Source: Dicyema japonicum (Eukaryota > Animalia > Dicyemida). From it: DNA of 64,000 nt. Made by a program: the position numbers and the translations under genes. The notes under the pieces were generated by a model. The model made no database searches. It had not been told where the DNA came from and was given only the letters and a program-made list of their open reading frames with translations. Each line of letters begins with the position of its first letter. Within the stretch, counting starts at the first letter, position 1. The stretch is from contig RDEW01000048.1 in the NCBI GenBank assembly GCA_011109175.1, positions 23,445-87,444 of the forward strand. The letters are read 5' to 3'. Positions 12,135 through 22,785 of the stretch are shown here, piece by piece.

Positions 12135-12405
12135 CGAAGAGCCATATTAGCTATAGTTCCTCCCAGACAGGACACATACTTTTTTAAGTAAAGAACAGTT
12201 ATTATAACTAATCGATAAGGGAGAATAAAGGAAAGCTCTTCACTTCTTTTTTCATTTGTTTGTGTATGAGTCCTTTTTTAGACGATCCGGTCCGCTGATG
12301 ACGACGCCACTCGTCAAGCCAAATTATCGTAGACGCGTGTAACCTTGAGCATCAATGTACAGCAGCGAGATTCGAACTAAGGGGTCTCAAATCATTCAAT
12401 AGGTT
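12135..12405 (-). mobile_element. SINE-A copy (B-box-bearing, ~250 bp family)
   Basis: Shared blocks TGACGAGT..CGTCATCAG, TAACTGTTCTTTACTT, GTGTCCTG; B-box GTTCGAATC on minus at ~12369-12377. Confidence 0.75.
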
Positions 12406-13054
12406 ATAATTAGGGCAATAAATTAACTCATTAATAAAAAAATGACTCTTTCTTTAAAAATGGCATATTATGGCGAAAAATGGCCCTAGTTATAAAAACA
12501 CAAAAATCAATCAAAAATGATCCTCGACGTCGCATATCATCTCACGATTACAACAGAGATCAACTGGAGAAGCTACTGAGTCTCATGTGCATCGTGGCTA
12601 TTTAGTGTAGACAGACGTCCCTTATTGAGGAAACAAAGCGATTTTCCGCTTATTTCTCCAGTTGTCTCAACTATTTAATTAACTTTGAAAGTTTTTGAGA
12701 TGTCGACATTGAAAAGAATAGTCGTCAGTGATCGAAGAGGGCCGTGCAGTTAATAGATTAATAAATAAAAATAAAATATCTAAATAAAGAAAACAAATTA
12801 TCAAATATCATTTAAAGATTTTTTAACCATTTCTCGTAAGTCTCTCATGTATTTAACTTTTTGACATTTGCATAATTTATCAAAATCATACAAGTCAATG
12901 GAGTAAAGTTGATCTAAAAGTTTTTAAATATAAAAAAACCACTAACATTGAAAGAAATTATCAATGAATTCAACAAAATCAAAAACAAGAAAATATTTCG
13001 CACCATCAACAACCGATTCCACAATTTCGCGCAAATAATCAATTTATAGGTCTA

Positions 13055-13140
13055 TTCCTTAATTTATCAATATTTAATTCTTAATTTATCAATATTTATT
13101 ACTAAAATTTATCATTATTTAGTTCTTAATTAATCAATAT
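13055..13140. repeat. Degenerate AT-rich minisatellite (TTAATTTATCAATATTT-type unit, 3-4 copies)
   Basis: Direct inspection. Confidence 0.6.
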
Positions 13141-13479
13141 AGACATAAAACAAAACAAAGTCGGTAGAGGAATAAAAAAAGAGCAGATTGATTTTAGAAA
13201 AAGAAGTCTAAATGCAACAAATTCATTCCTAGCATTAAACGAGCATGCAATTTTCCTGCTATGTTTTGTTGGTGGAATTTGAACCAGAAGAGTACCTTGA
13301 GGTAGATCTTATTATCAATCAAGCGTTGAAGAGGATCACGCCTATGCAAAGCTGTAAAATGTAAACACCTAGGTGATAGGCGTAGTGTAGTCCACTTAAG
13401 TGAGTTGTTATTGCTTAGCATGAAGAAGTAACAAAATCTGAGGTGACAATTTTGTCCCTTGAGGAGTCACGACAAACCT

Positions 13480-13580
13480 CATTTTATTTATTTAACCCCA
13501 AGATCACCAGGAAAGATAGGTCAAAACTAACTAATTAGGTGATCCCAGCCTCCAGCAACATCCGAACTCTCTTTATTAAA
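13480..13580 (-). mobile_element. Solo LINE 3' terminus (stem-loop and tail); near-identical copy at ~26870-26970
   Basis: CCCCAAGATCACCAGGAAAGATAGGTCAAAACTAACTAATTAGGTGATCCCAGCC vs CCCCAAGACCACCAAGAAAGATAGGTCAAAACTAACTAATTAGGCAATCCCAGCC. Confidence 0.8.
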
Positions 13581-13624
13581 AAAACAAACCTCATATATAT
13601 CATATTTTTTTAAATTTTTAAAAC

Positions 13625-13830
13625 CTTTTCACGAGAGCCATAATATTTATAGCTCCGCATAGGCAGGACACACACTTTATTTTAGAAAAGAACGGTTAAT
13701 TTTAACTAATCGTAGAACCAAGGAACGATCTTAACTTCCATTTTTTATTTTTCTTGTGTGTGAGTCCTTTCTAGACAATCCAGTTCCGCAGTGAATATCC
13801 ACTGATGACGGCGTCACTCGTCAAACCCTT
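13625..13830 (-). mobile_element. SINE-A copy
   Basis: Highly similar to 20560-20770. Confidence 0.8.
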
Positions 13831-13929
13831 TTTTATATATCATATACTAAGCATAAAGACAAAGATGTCAAAAAAGAATTTAAATATTTTTATTAATATT
13901 TAATTGATTTTTATACTCTTTATATGTAT

Positions 13930-14440
13930 TGTAAACTATCCCGATCCTGTGGCTCTGACGGTGTCTGTGCTATTCACCTCGAACACATAGGACCTCAGGC
14001 AAATATCATGTTATCGAGATTATATAACTATTCTATCAATTCCAATACAATACTAAATATATAGAAGAATTCACTGGTTGCACCAATTCTCAAGTCTGGA
14101 AAATCAAAAGACATTCTACCTTCTTATCGTTCTGTCTCCATAATTCGCGCCTTGTCAAAAGTTTGGAAAAGCTCGTATTTATGTTAATCTCACCTGTTCT
14201 ACAATTTCCTGATTTTCAACATAGCTTAAGAGCAGACAGTTCTACAAAGACGTATTTGGGGTCTGTCTCCCAGTTCATCATAGACGGTTTTAACATGAAG
14301 GCATACTTACGGACGGCTCTGATGTCTATAGATATACAGAAAGCCTTCGACTCTTTTTCGAGTACACTCCTAATAAAAACATCTTTAATTCAAATTTATA
14401 TCCGAACATCATGCTATGGCTGGAAAATTTACTGAACCGT
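13930..14440 (+). mobile_element. Decayed LINE RT fragment related to the 2A-LINE family
   Basis: FQH..., QFIIDGFN...RTALMSIDIQKAFDS. Confidence 0.7.
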
Positions 14441-14599
14441 ATAACCTAAATACCGAACATTGAACTCAGAATAATGAAAAACAGATTCGTTGGCGTTAGT
14501 GAAGTAATTATCAATTGACAAACTTTACCCAGAATACTAAACTGCTGAAAAAAAACAAGGATATATTTTTAATAGGAAAAAATATCGATTAACGAACCA

Positions 14600-15518
14600 T
14601 TATAAATGAAGCGAAACATTATAAATGAAAAAATCAGCAATGGCCATGCTATAAGGATCCATGTCATGGAGAGAAATTAGATCTCTATCAACATTAGAAC
14701 GCTCCTAAATTTCAAAAATTGAGTCAAACTGGAAAATCATAAAGTTCCAGGCGTAATATAAACCAGAGAGGAAAATCCTTTAAAATAGTAGAATTATAAT
14801 GAAGAGGAAAAAATTTTGAAGGTTGGGATTCCATAGATACATTTAGATAATCGAGACATCTCCCAATTTCAACATCCTCAAACATAGTATTCACAGAACA
14901 CGAAGGAAACTAAAAACAGCAAAATGAATACTTTATATTTTAAAGCCGAAGCAACTTTATTAACTGCTGTTCTGCTAAGAACATAAGCAGCCCCTCCACT
15001 GAAATATCCATTTGGTAAGTGTACATAAAATTTATGTCCGAAACTGATCAAATTAATTGGATCGTAGAACTTCAGAAAATATCTTAGATTCTCCATAATA
15101 ATGTATGTGTCATCATCGGCCTTCACAACCCAGTCAAATTGGCCGGAAAAATGTTCTTCAATGTATTTCAATGCGGCAAATGTCTTAGATGGTAGATGAT
15201 AGTAGTCATCTTCGACATTCAATGAAACCACATTCTCTGCCTTTAGGCCTGGTCTTCCAACAAAAAATAAAAGTTTGTCGCATCTCTTTCCCCATGTTTT
15301 TGAAACAGATACTCCGCGTGTTTCATAGTAGGGCAAACAAGTCAAAACCATGCAAAAAATAGTCTGGTTACGTTCGTATAATTCTACTTGGTAATTCTTT
15401 GTATTATTTAACAAATAGAAGATAACAAAAAATATGATTAATATCACTAGAATATTAACAAACCTATATGATCAACAAAAATTTACTTTTTACAACGTAT
15501 ACGTGATAACATTGACAT
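14600..15518 (-). CDS. C1GALT1: Core 1 beta-1,3-galactosyltransferase-like (GT31), about 3 tiny introns
   Basis: N-terminal TM segment; KTWGKRCDK, LPSKT, DWVVKADDDTYIIMENLR, GYFSGGAAYVLS, EDVEIGRCL; introns of 23, 22 and 25 nt give a continuous frame. Confidence 0.88.
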
Positions 15519-16192
15519 TATTTACCGGATAATTTAAAATTGATAATAAATTGGTTCTCCATTTTAAAATTTACTTGTTTTATTTTACCAAGAAATTTAT
15601 ATAAAATAAATTATTAATTAAAAATTACGTTTATAAGTTATTTATTGGAATTTGCTTAAAATTTGATTATTTATTTTCTAAAATTTTGTAAATGATGCGG
15701 AACATTTGTATTTGTAAAAAGCACGTCTCTTTTGATATCCGGTTTATAAAATGCGTTTATATAACAAATCCTACCTTGTAACTAAGGAACTTCGAAAATA
15801 GATTTTGTGTGACTTGTCGGATATCACAGAAATCAGCTGAGGAAAATCATATACTGACCAAAGATTATGAAGAACGAGACTTCCTACAAGTTATGAAAAT
15901 GCTATAGCGAGAAAGCAATAAAATCTTAGTCTAATTTATGACATATTCTATGTATGGATGAAGTGACACTTGCAATCTTATCTTGAATAACTTTTTCAAC
16001 CAAAATGTAATTGGAGGCCTTTGTGGGCAAATTTAGCTGTCTCGTTCATGCCTCGATCTAATTGAAAAATGAAAACAGGGGACCTTGATGAATTAATTAA
16101 GCGTGAAAACAGGGATGACCTTGAATTAATGACGAAAGCTTTGTATATTCTAGTGAGAGTAAAGTAAAATGCGTCCAGCTCTTCGATAATTG

Positions 16193-16474
16193 TTAAGACT
16201 CGCGCTCCAGTTGGGGCATAACATTTATAATGGAAATGACTGAGTTGATTTTATTTCCGCATTTGATTTGCAGCACTGCGACACGGTCAGATTCTGCCCA
16301 CATTCTTGTAACGCAGTGAATCAGGTCCTGATGGACTGCAAATCCGATACCATAATGTTGGCAGGCCGATAAGAGGGTAAAAAGGTGGCATTTATTAAAC
16401 AGTTCTGTACATTGTACGGTCGTTTTTTTCTCTTGTAGATAGCAGACAGAGATGTTGTATTTTTTAGATAGCAT
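16193..16474 (-). mobile_element. RTE-type APE endonuclease remnant
   Basis: ISVCYLQEK...HYGIGFAVH...SDRVAVLQ. Confidence 0.65.
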
Positions 16475-17049
16475 GAAAGTTGGTGTTTCTTGTAATTTGT
16501 TTATTTCCTCTGCAATTAAAAGTTCCCAAAGTGAACGGAGAAGTCGGTAAAGAATACAAATAAGACATAGTGCAATAGAGATGTCGTCACCACCTCAACC
16601 AGATAGAAAGTAATGAGAACAAAATAAGCGAAATCCTGAGTACTCATATGTTTATGGGAATGCTAGGAGTGCATTTAACTAACTTAACTAACAATTAAAA
16701 TTTAGGTTTCTACTTCAAAAGCCTTGTTATCAGCAAATTTTTAAATGTTTACCGCTGAACAATGATGAGAGTAAAGCTTCTCTACCAGGGAAAGATAGCA
16801 TCAGCTGGTGGATAGCTAGTGAAGATCCTCGTAAAAGAAGATGGATATGTTAGTTTAGTGACGACTAGAAGACGGATTACCATTTCTCTTCTCCTGGTCT
16901 ACCTTCGAGTTCTGCATAGAACCAAAGACACCTGTCAGATATCTGGGAGCGTCCGCTCTTGGCTGTGACGTTCTTGTTAGCCACCAGTTTCTTTAACTAG
17001 AAGGGACCGAAGGTAAATAAATAAAAGTCATTTAGCTAGAAGGCCAGGA

Positions 17050-17520
17050 TTGTGTGAAAAGTCTTTAGCTAACTGGATCCTTTTCTTGCTATTTGGTGTT
17101 GGCTTTGAACCTCTATTTAGGGGCAGAAGTATGTTGTATTTGCTAATAACATAATATGATACCCTTCATAACTTTAGTAATAATTCCTCCTCAACATCCG
17201 AGGAGGTTTGTTAGATATGACGTCATAACCAGCCAAGTTAGGCGAGGACCTTCTTTATTGGAGTCTCTCTTGAAAACTAATTGTAATACCAATGAATAAA
17301 CTTTCTTTGAAGGCAATAGAAAAACGAGAAGTATTTGGGTGGTCCAGGATTCCTTTCGATACTACCAATAAAGAAGAGAATCTTCACCAAAATTAGACTC
17401 TGACTTTGAGAAGTGTTTCCTGAGAGAAAAGAATCTTTTTGAAATTTATTGAGTATAGTCCTCTTAGATGTCAGCAAACACAATGCGTGCGCAAACATAG
17501 TTAGTTAGCCGATCCGATTT
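17050..17520 (-). mobile_element. Decayed LINE 5' end with 2A-like motif and APE remnant
   Basis: KILFFIGSIERNPGP (17340-17366) followed by broken QE...PNLAGYDVI...GGII. Confidence 0.65.
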
Positions 17521-18210
17521 CACTAACATTTAAGGAGTCAACTACCCTCAAACGTCCAGTTTAAAGTGTTGGGCGCTCGCAAAAATCTTTTAGAGTCATT
17601 TATTGTCCTTTGATTTTTTATATTTTTATAATCACTTACAGATCTTCATTGCATTCAAAAAAATGTTATGCTTCCTCATATTACGAAGAAATCAAAGAAA
17701 GAATAAGTCTCCCGATTATGACAAAAAATATAATCTTAATAACGCGTTCGTGGTATGATATACATTTCTAAGTACTACGATATCATGTAGGTGGATAGTT
17801 GCTTTTTCTATGGATCAACTAATTTTGTAAACATTGAACTTTGTGAAAATATAATCAAAAATCGAACATTAGCGACAATCGGCAACATCATTCTCCCATG
17901 GCAATAATTGATCGACCTTCGAGTTGGCACTATTCTGAAAAATTCAGTTAAAGTCTACTGGATGTTGGAGATCAAAGACTGTGCCAATTTTAAGAGATGA
18001 ACTCTTTAAACTATTTATTTCCAAGAATAGAGGAAATTATCTCAAAGCACTTCATGCCTAAATTTGGGGAAAATTTCTAAATTTGGAAAAAAGCTATAAC
18101 CAAATCAATAATGAATAACCAGTTACTCTTGGAGTGACAATAGATTCCATGAGTACAATAAAATTCAAATATGACTAATTGTTAGAAATACATGAACAAA
18201 AGAAAAATGT

Positions 18211-18858
18211 TTATTTACTATCAATGTCATCCGATGGTTGACTATAATAGATAAATGATGACGCATAGTCTGGTTCAGTTAAAGCCTGTTTCTTCTTCCA
18301 TGCACGAATATTGGACAAATTAGTTATGCTTTTACCATAAACATTGTTTACATAATTTGTTATATATTTAGTATCGGCATTCATATCCATTAACATACTA
18401 ACATGATTCTTCTCGGGAGAAGTGAGATGGCGCTGGTTAGGAAGCGTGTTGTATAACGCATGTGAAGTCGAATGGTTATGGTCCACACACATTCCATGTA
18501 CTAATAGCATTCCTTCTGAAGCCACCAGACGAATGAAAGATTTGCATCCTTGACGGTAGGAACATCTCGCTTTGATCCCATTTCCTTTAGAAACAAACTT
18601 CTTCCCTCCAAATATGCACGAATATCGAACAGTTTTGAACCGAAGAAGTGGATCAGTATGTTTTACAGAGTCCCTAACAAAATATTGAACATGATTAGTC
18701 CGCTCATATTGTCTCAACTTAGCAATCCACTCATCATAGTTAATAAATGTCTGCCCAACCTTAATAATAGATTCCCTTTGAATAGTAACAGAGTACTCTC
18801 CATTAATTTTCTAAATTGCCACAAGACAGCATACCTCTGCTATTATACGAATAGACAT
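18211..18858 (-). CDS. ZSWIM3/FAR1-like MULE-derived DNA-binding domain protein
   Basis: MSIRIIAE, 24-nt intron, ...IKVGQTFINYDEWIAKLRQYERTNHVQYFVRDS...YSC...QGCKSFIRL...HNH...NQRHLT; no DDE domain or TIR recognised. Confidence 0.7.
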
Positions 18859-18910
18859 TTAATTTAAAAATAAATAAAAAAATTAATTTAAAAATAAAAC
18901 CAGATCATTA
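18859..18910. promoter_or_regulatory. Putative 52-bp bidirectional promoter/UTR interval
   Basis: Lies between divergent ATGs at 18858 (-) and 18911 (+); nearly all A/T, with TTAATTTAAAAATAAA twice. Confidence 0.55.
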
Positions 18911-19584
18911 ATGTGGTTGTGGGACTATTTTACAGACCTCATAAAATCACTGGGTTAGCATAATGTAATCAATACAGGTCTGATGAACAAATCAGGAGTT
19001 GTTCTCCTGCTTGGAATTGATGACGCAGGAAAAACAACACTTTTACAGCTACTAAAGACAGGTAGCGTGCATACTCACAATCCAACATTGCATCCAAGTA
19101 AAGGAAATAAATATTTTGTAGATTTGGAGGAATTTACCGTCGGGAAATTAAATATTCAGGCTTATGACCTTGGAGGACACGAACAGGGTAGTAGTAAGCG
19201 TGAATATAGCTCGTCGAATTTGGAAGGACTACTTAGTAACGGCAGATGCAATAGTATTCATAATAGATGCTGCTGACAAGAGTCGTGTAGCTGAATCATA
19301 CGAGTGTCTTCATTCAGTTCTGAACGCAGAGGGGGTTGCCCATATTCCCATAGCCGTTTTGGGAAATAAGGTAGATAAACCAGGGGCATTTGGTCCTGAT
19401 GAGTTCCTTCACGCATTTTCCTTATACGGATTGACAACTGGAAAAGTAATATTAATAAACTATGCAGAACCCCGCTCCCCCGATTAATCGACTTCCCAAA
19501 CGACCTCTTGAGGTGTTTATGTGCAGCATTAAGAGAAGACACGGATTTACTGAGGCATTCGAATGGATTTCTAATTATATTTAA
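18911..19584 (+). CDS. SAR1: Small GTPase Sar1 (COPII), 4 introns
   Basis: MWLWDYF...GIDDAGKTTLL...DLGGHEQARRIWKDY...GNKVD...RPLEVFMCS...EWISNYI*; introns 18954-18977, 19098-19121, 19188-19209, 19446-19467. Confidence 0.95.
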
Positions 19585-19598
19585 GACTTCTTTATTAA

Positions 19599-20250
19599 TC
19601 ATAAAATAAGACAGTTTTTGTTATTGTTAATTTTAATATTTTTTTGTTTTTGGAATGCTTCTACCATTTTATTGAAAATCAATTTTACATTAATCTAAAA
19701 TGAGAGCAATTATTACATCCTCTTTGGCAGAGACCTCCACATAAATCATGTTGTGTTTTTTGGCCAGTGCGCGAGCTTTTTCTTCTGTTATAACACTTTG
19801 TTTTCTCGCTTCTAGTTTTTTCACTGTTTTTTCATTGTCTCTCAAGTCTATTTGGGTTCCTATTAAAAATCTCGTCTTGGCTGTACAGTTGTTGTTTATT
19901 TCAGGAATCCACTACAATTAATGACCTGTCTACCATGCTCAAAATGTTGTCGAAGCTATCTGGTCTTACAACTGAAAAGCAGATCATTATTACATCTGTA
20001 TGAGGGTACGAAAGCTGTCTCAGAGTCATCATCTCACTCTGTCCTGCCGTATCGAATAAGGCTATACTGTAAAGCTCTTCACCTGCTTTTTGTTTCAATA
20101 TAACGCTATCAAAAACCTTATAATATAAAAAATTGAACATACCGTTGGAATATATAAATCACTGAATTTGTCATTCGCTGCTCGCATAAGTAAACTGGTC
20201 TTGCCAACTGCACCATCGCCAACTACAACACACTTTATGCAATTATCCAT
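19599..20250 (-). CDS. Divergent Cdc42-like Rho GTPase, 3 introns, CAAX CLIL
   Basis: [51 protein letters not shown]; introns of 26, 22 and 22 nt. Confidence 0.9.
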
Positions 20251-20559
20251 TAATCTAATTCCAATTCCGTGTTTGCAGCTATTTATTTGGGTTCGATTAA
20301 AAATTTATCAAATATATAATAATTTGTTAATTTAATAAAACTAATGATTATTGATAGACTTCAACATATATCGAAAATTAATATATGATTGAATTTCCTA
20401 ATTCTTTGTTATACGCTTATTTATGATTTAAACCTAGCAAGATACATCTAACTAATCTCTGTGAGCTTCCATTTTTGGTGGTTGCTTTTCTTTTAGCCAC
20501 TGGTTTCCTTCAGTTGAAGTAAATTATGTCTTAAACCATTTAAATAATTACTTATAATA

Positions 20560-20770
20560 AAGCCTTTTCACGAGAGCCATAGTATTTTATAGCTCCGCAT
20601 AGGCAGGACACACACTTTATTTAAGTAAAGAACAGTTAATTTTAACTAATCGTAGAACCAAGGAATGATCTTCACTTCTTTTTTTCTTTTTCTTGTGTGA
20701 GTGTCCTTTCTAGACAAATCCAGTTCCGCAGTGAGTATTCACTGATGACGGCGTCACTCGTCAAACCTGA
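20560..20770 (-). mobile_element. SINE-A copy
   Basis: Matches 13625-13830. Confidence 0.8.
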
Positions 20771-21129
20771 AATTACTTATATAATTACTTATATCTAACA
20801 ATATTATTTCTTGTACTTTTTTGAGCGTCACCGATAATTATTATTCAAGGAAAATGTGGAAAAGGAATATTTAATTGAGGATAAATATTTTAATTAACAG
20901 AAAACACATTTAATTTCAAAAAGTAATAACTACGATGAATCCTTATATTTGAATCTGTTTGACAATAAAATAACGATATTTTTTGAAAATTTTCATTTGT
21001 TAGGCACAAAATTTATTTTTAAATCGGATAAATTATATAAACTATAACGGTTTAATCCACTTAACAAAGACTTAAATTGAATGATAATGAATATTTCAAG
21101 TACTATAATCACTATTTTTAAAGCAGATC

Positions 21130-22130
21130 AGTTACTTAAGTTGCTAATTGGTCGGAGCGTTAAAAAGGTGACGTACCTCTATAGCAGTGGTTCCCAACCT
21201 GGGTTCCTCGAAACGAGTTTTAGGGTTCCGCGAAATGTATAAATTATTTAATTATTTAATAAGACTTTTTAATCACACAAACACGGGATGAAGATTTCTG
21301 ATGAAAAGTAAACCTCTGCTACCTCTCAACTTGTGGAACTGGCATGACTGAGGACATTTCACTGGACTCTAACAGAGATATTTCGACTGACTCTAATATG
21401 GAGATGGGGAATAACAGGGAGTTGATGGCACACTCGTTTTCTGAGAGAAGGAGATGGATTACCAGTAATCTAGCAATCAAAATCCTTTCAAAGTTAAAGT
21501 AATATCAGCAACTCTAACATCAATTGAATATGAACATCTTATTGACATCAGAATTAGCGTCAAATCAGATATATGAAATGAATCCCTTTTTAAATTTTGG
21601 ACAGTATACATTTCAAAATATCCTGATATCTCAGAAAAGGCTATACGTACACTAGTTCCTTTTCCAACGACTTACTAATGCAAGTCGGGGTTTTCAATAT
21701 ATACATCTACCAAAACAAAAAATATAAAAATAAACTCAATGCTTCTGCTGATATGAGGATACAGTTATCAACAATAACTCCTAACGCTACACAACTATGC
21801 TATGATAAAAAGTTACCCCAATGTTCACATTAAAAATTTTTTTGGTTATTACGATTATGTTTTAAGTGAAAATTGTAATAATTGAATTAGAAGGGTTCCA
21901 CAAAAAATTAGACTGCTCTATAGCGCTAAATTTTTACTTTGTTTTATAGTAGACCAAAGCCCATGACCTTTTTCTCGTGAGGGTGAACGAAGTGACGAAT
22001 TCAAAAAATATTCTGAACAATTAAAGTGTCAAATGTATGCAAGATCTAAATAGGTTCGAATATTTACTATTCCGAGATTGATTGTACTCAAAGGATCATC
22101 TGTCAGAAGTTAGTGAATAATTTCATTTAT
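21130..22130 (+). mobile_element. SINE-B copy (tRNA-like A box, long spacer, B box), split by a hAT insertion
   Basis: TAATTGGTCGGA; TCTCGTGA..AACGAAGTGA..ATTCAAAA; AGGTTCGAAT; AGGATCATCTGTCAGAA, shared with 60045-60300 and partly with 40275-40480. Confidence 0.6.
21185..21915 (+). mobile_element. Internally deleted hAT (Buster/Charlie-type) DNA transposon
   Basis: 8-bp TSD CTCTATAG (21177-21184, 21916-21923); left end CAGTGGTTCCCAACCT; remnant FWTVYISKYPDISEKAIRTLVPFPTTY*CKSGFS...MRIQLSTITP of the hAT dimerisation domain. Confidence 0.88.
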
Positions 22131-22199
22131 GTTGATAATAATAGTTTTAAAGTATAAGAATAAAAATTGGATATGCCTATGAAAATTTGATATCCCCTT

Positions 22200-22455
22200 C
22201 CATTTTTAATATAGTGGGGTCACCTGATCAACCTGTCTCAGATGGCACCATAGGGTGGCACAAAAAAGGATTATTACTCAACTGGAAGGGTTCTCACAAC
22301 TACAAGAAAAAGACAGACATCCTCCACATTTTATGCTACTTCTGGATGGTTTGTGTGACATTTGAAGACTCTGTTTCTGTGACAGTGGGAACTGAATACA
22401 CTTAATTAGCTGTTAACTTCTTTCTCGGTGTATCCGGGGTTAATAATAATAAAAA
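22200..22455 (+). mobile_element. LINE 3' remnant with stem-loop and (TAA)n tail
   Basis: ...GGGAACTGAATACACTTAA...CTCGGTGTATCCGGGGTTAATAATAAT. Confidence 0.7.
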
Positions 22456-22785
22456 GTAACAATTGGAGATAGCAGACACTGAACCGAATGATTGATAAGA
22501 CAATAATAGATAATTGATGATACAATGCATATGTACAGATTATTCAACTTTATAACTTCAGAAAAAATAAAGAATTAATAAAACTATAACATTTTCCCAG
22601 CAGAGAGAATGAGTAGCTGTTTCTACTGACAGCTGTTAGATGTATCCTTTAAAACAGCCATTCCATTTCCCAACAATCCCCTGTCATTTTGGAAATTGTC
22701 GATCCTAACAATCTCAAGAATGAGACAGTCTTGGTTCGAAGACTCCAGTCGTCAATTCCCAAGTTAATATTAGTGAAAAAATATT

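Noticed and set aside
19010-19040. SAR1 P-loop GIDDAGKT instead of GLDNAGKT
   Set aside because: This position varies across Arf/Sar GTPases and the essential GKT is intact; no basis for a functional claim.
19258-19602. 114-aa minus-strand ORF over SAR1, and similar shadow ORFs (1336-1614, 29709-30068, 35642-35911, 47020-47256, 51121-51351)
   Set aside because: Antisense to well-supported CDSs with no recognisable motifs.
18911-20250. Ciliate origin or alternative genetic code suggested by tiny introns
   Set aside because: TAA, TAG and TGA all terminate conserved proteins at expected positions, and animal genes (ETS, PLC-beta) are present.
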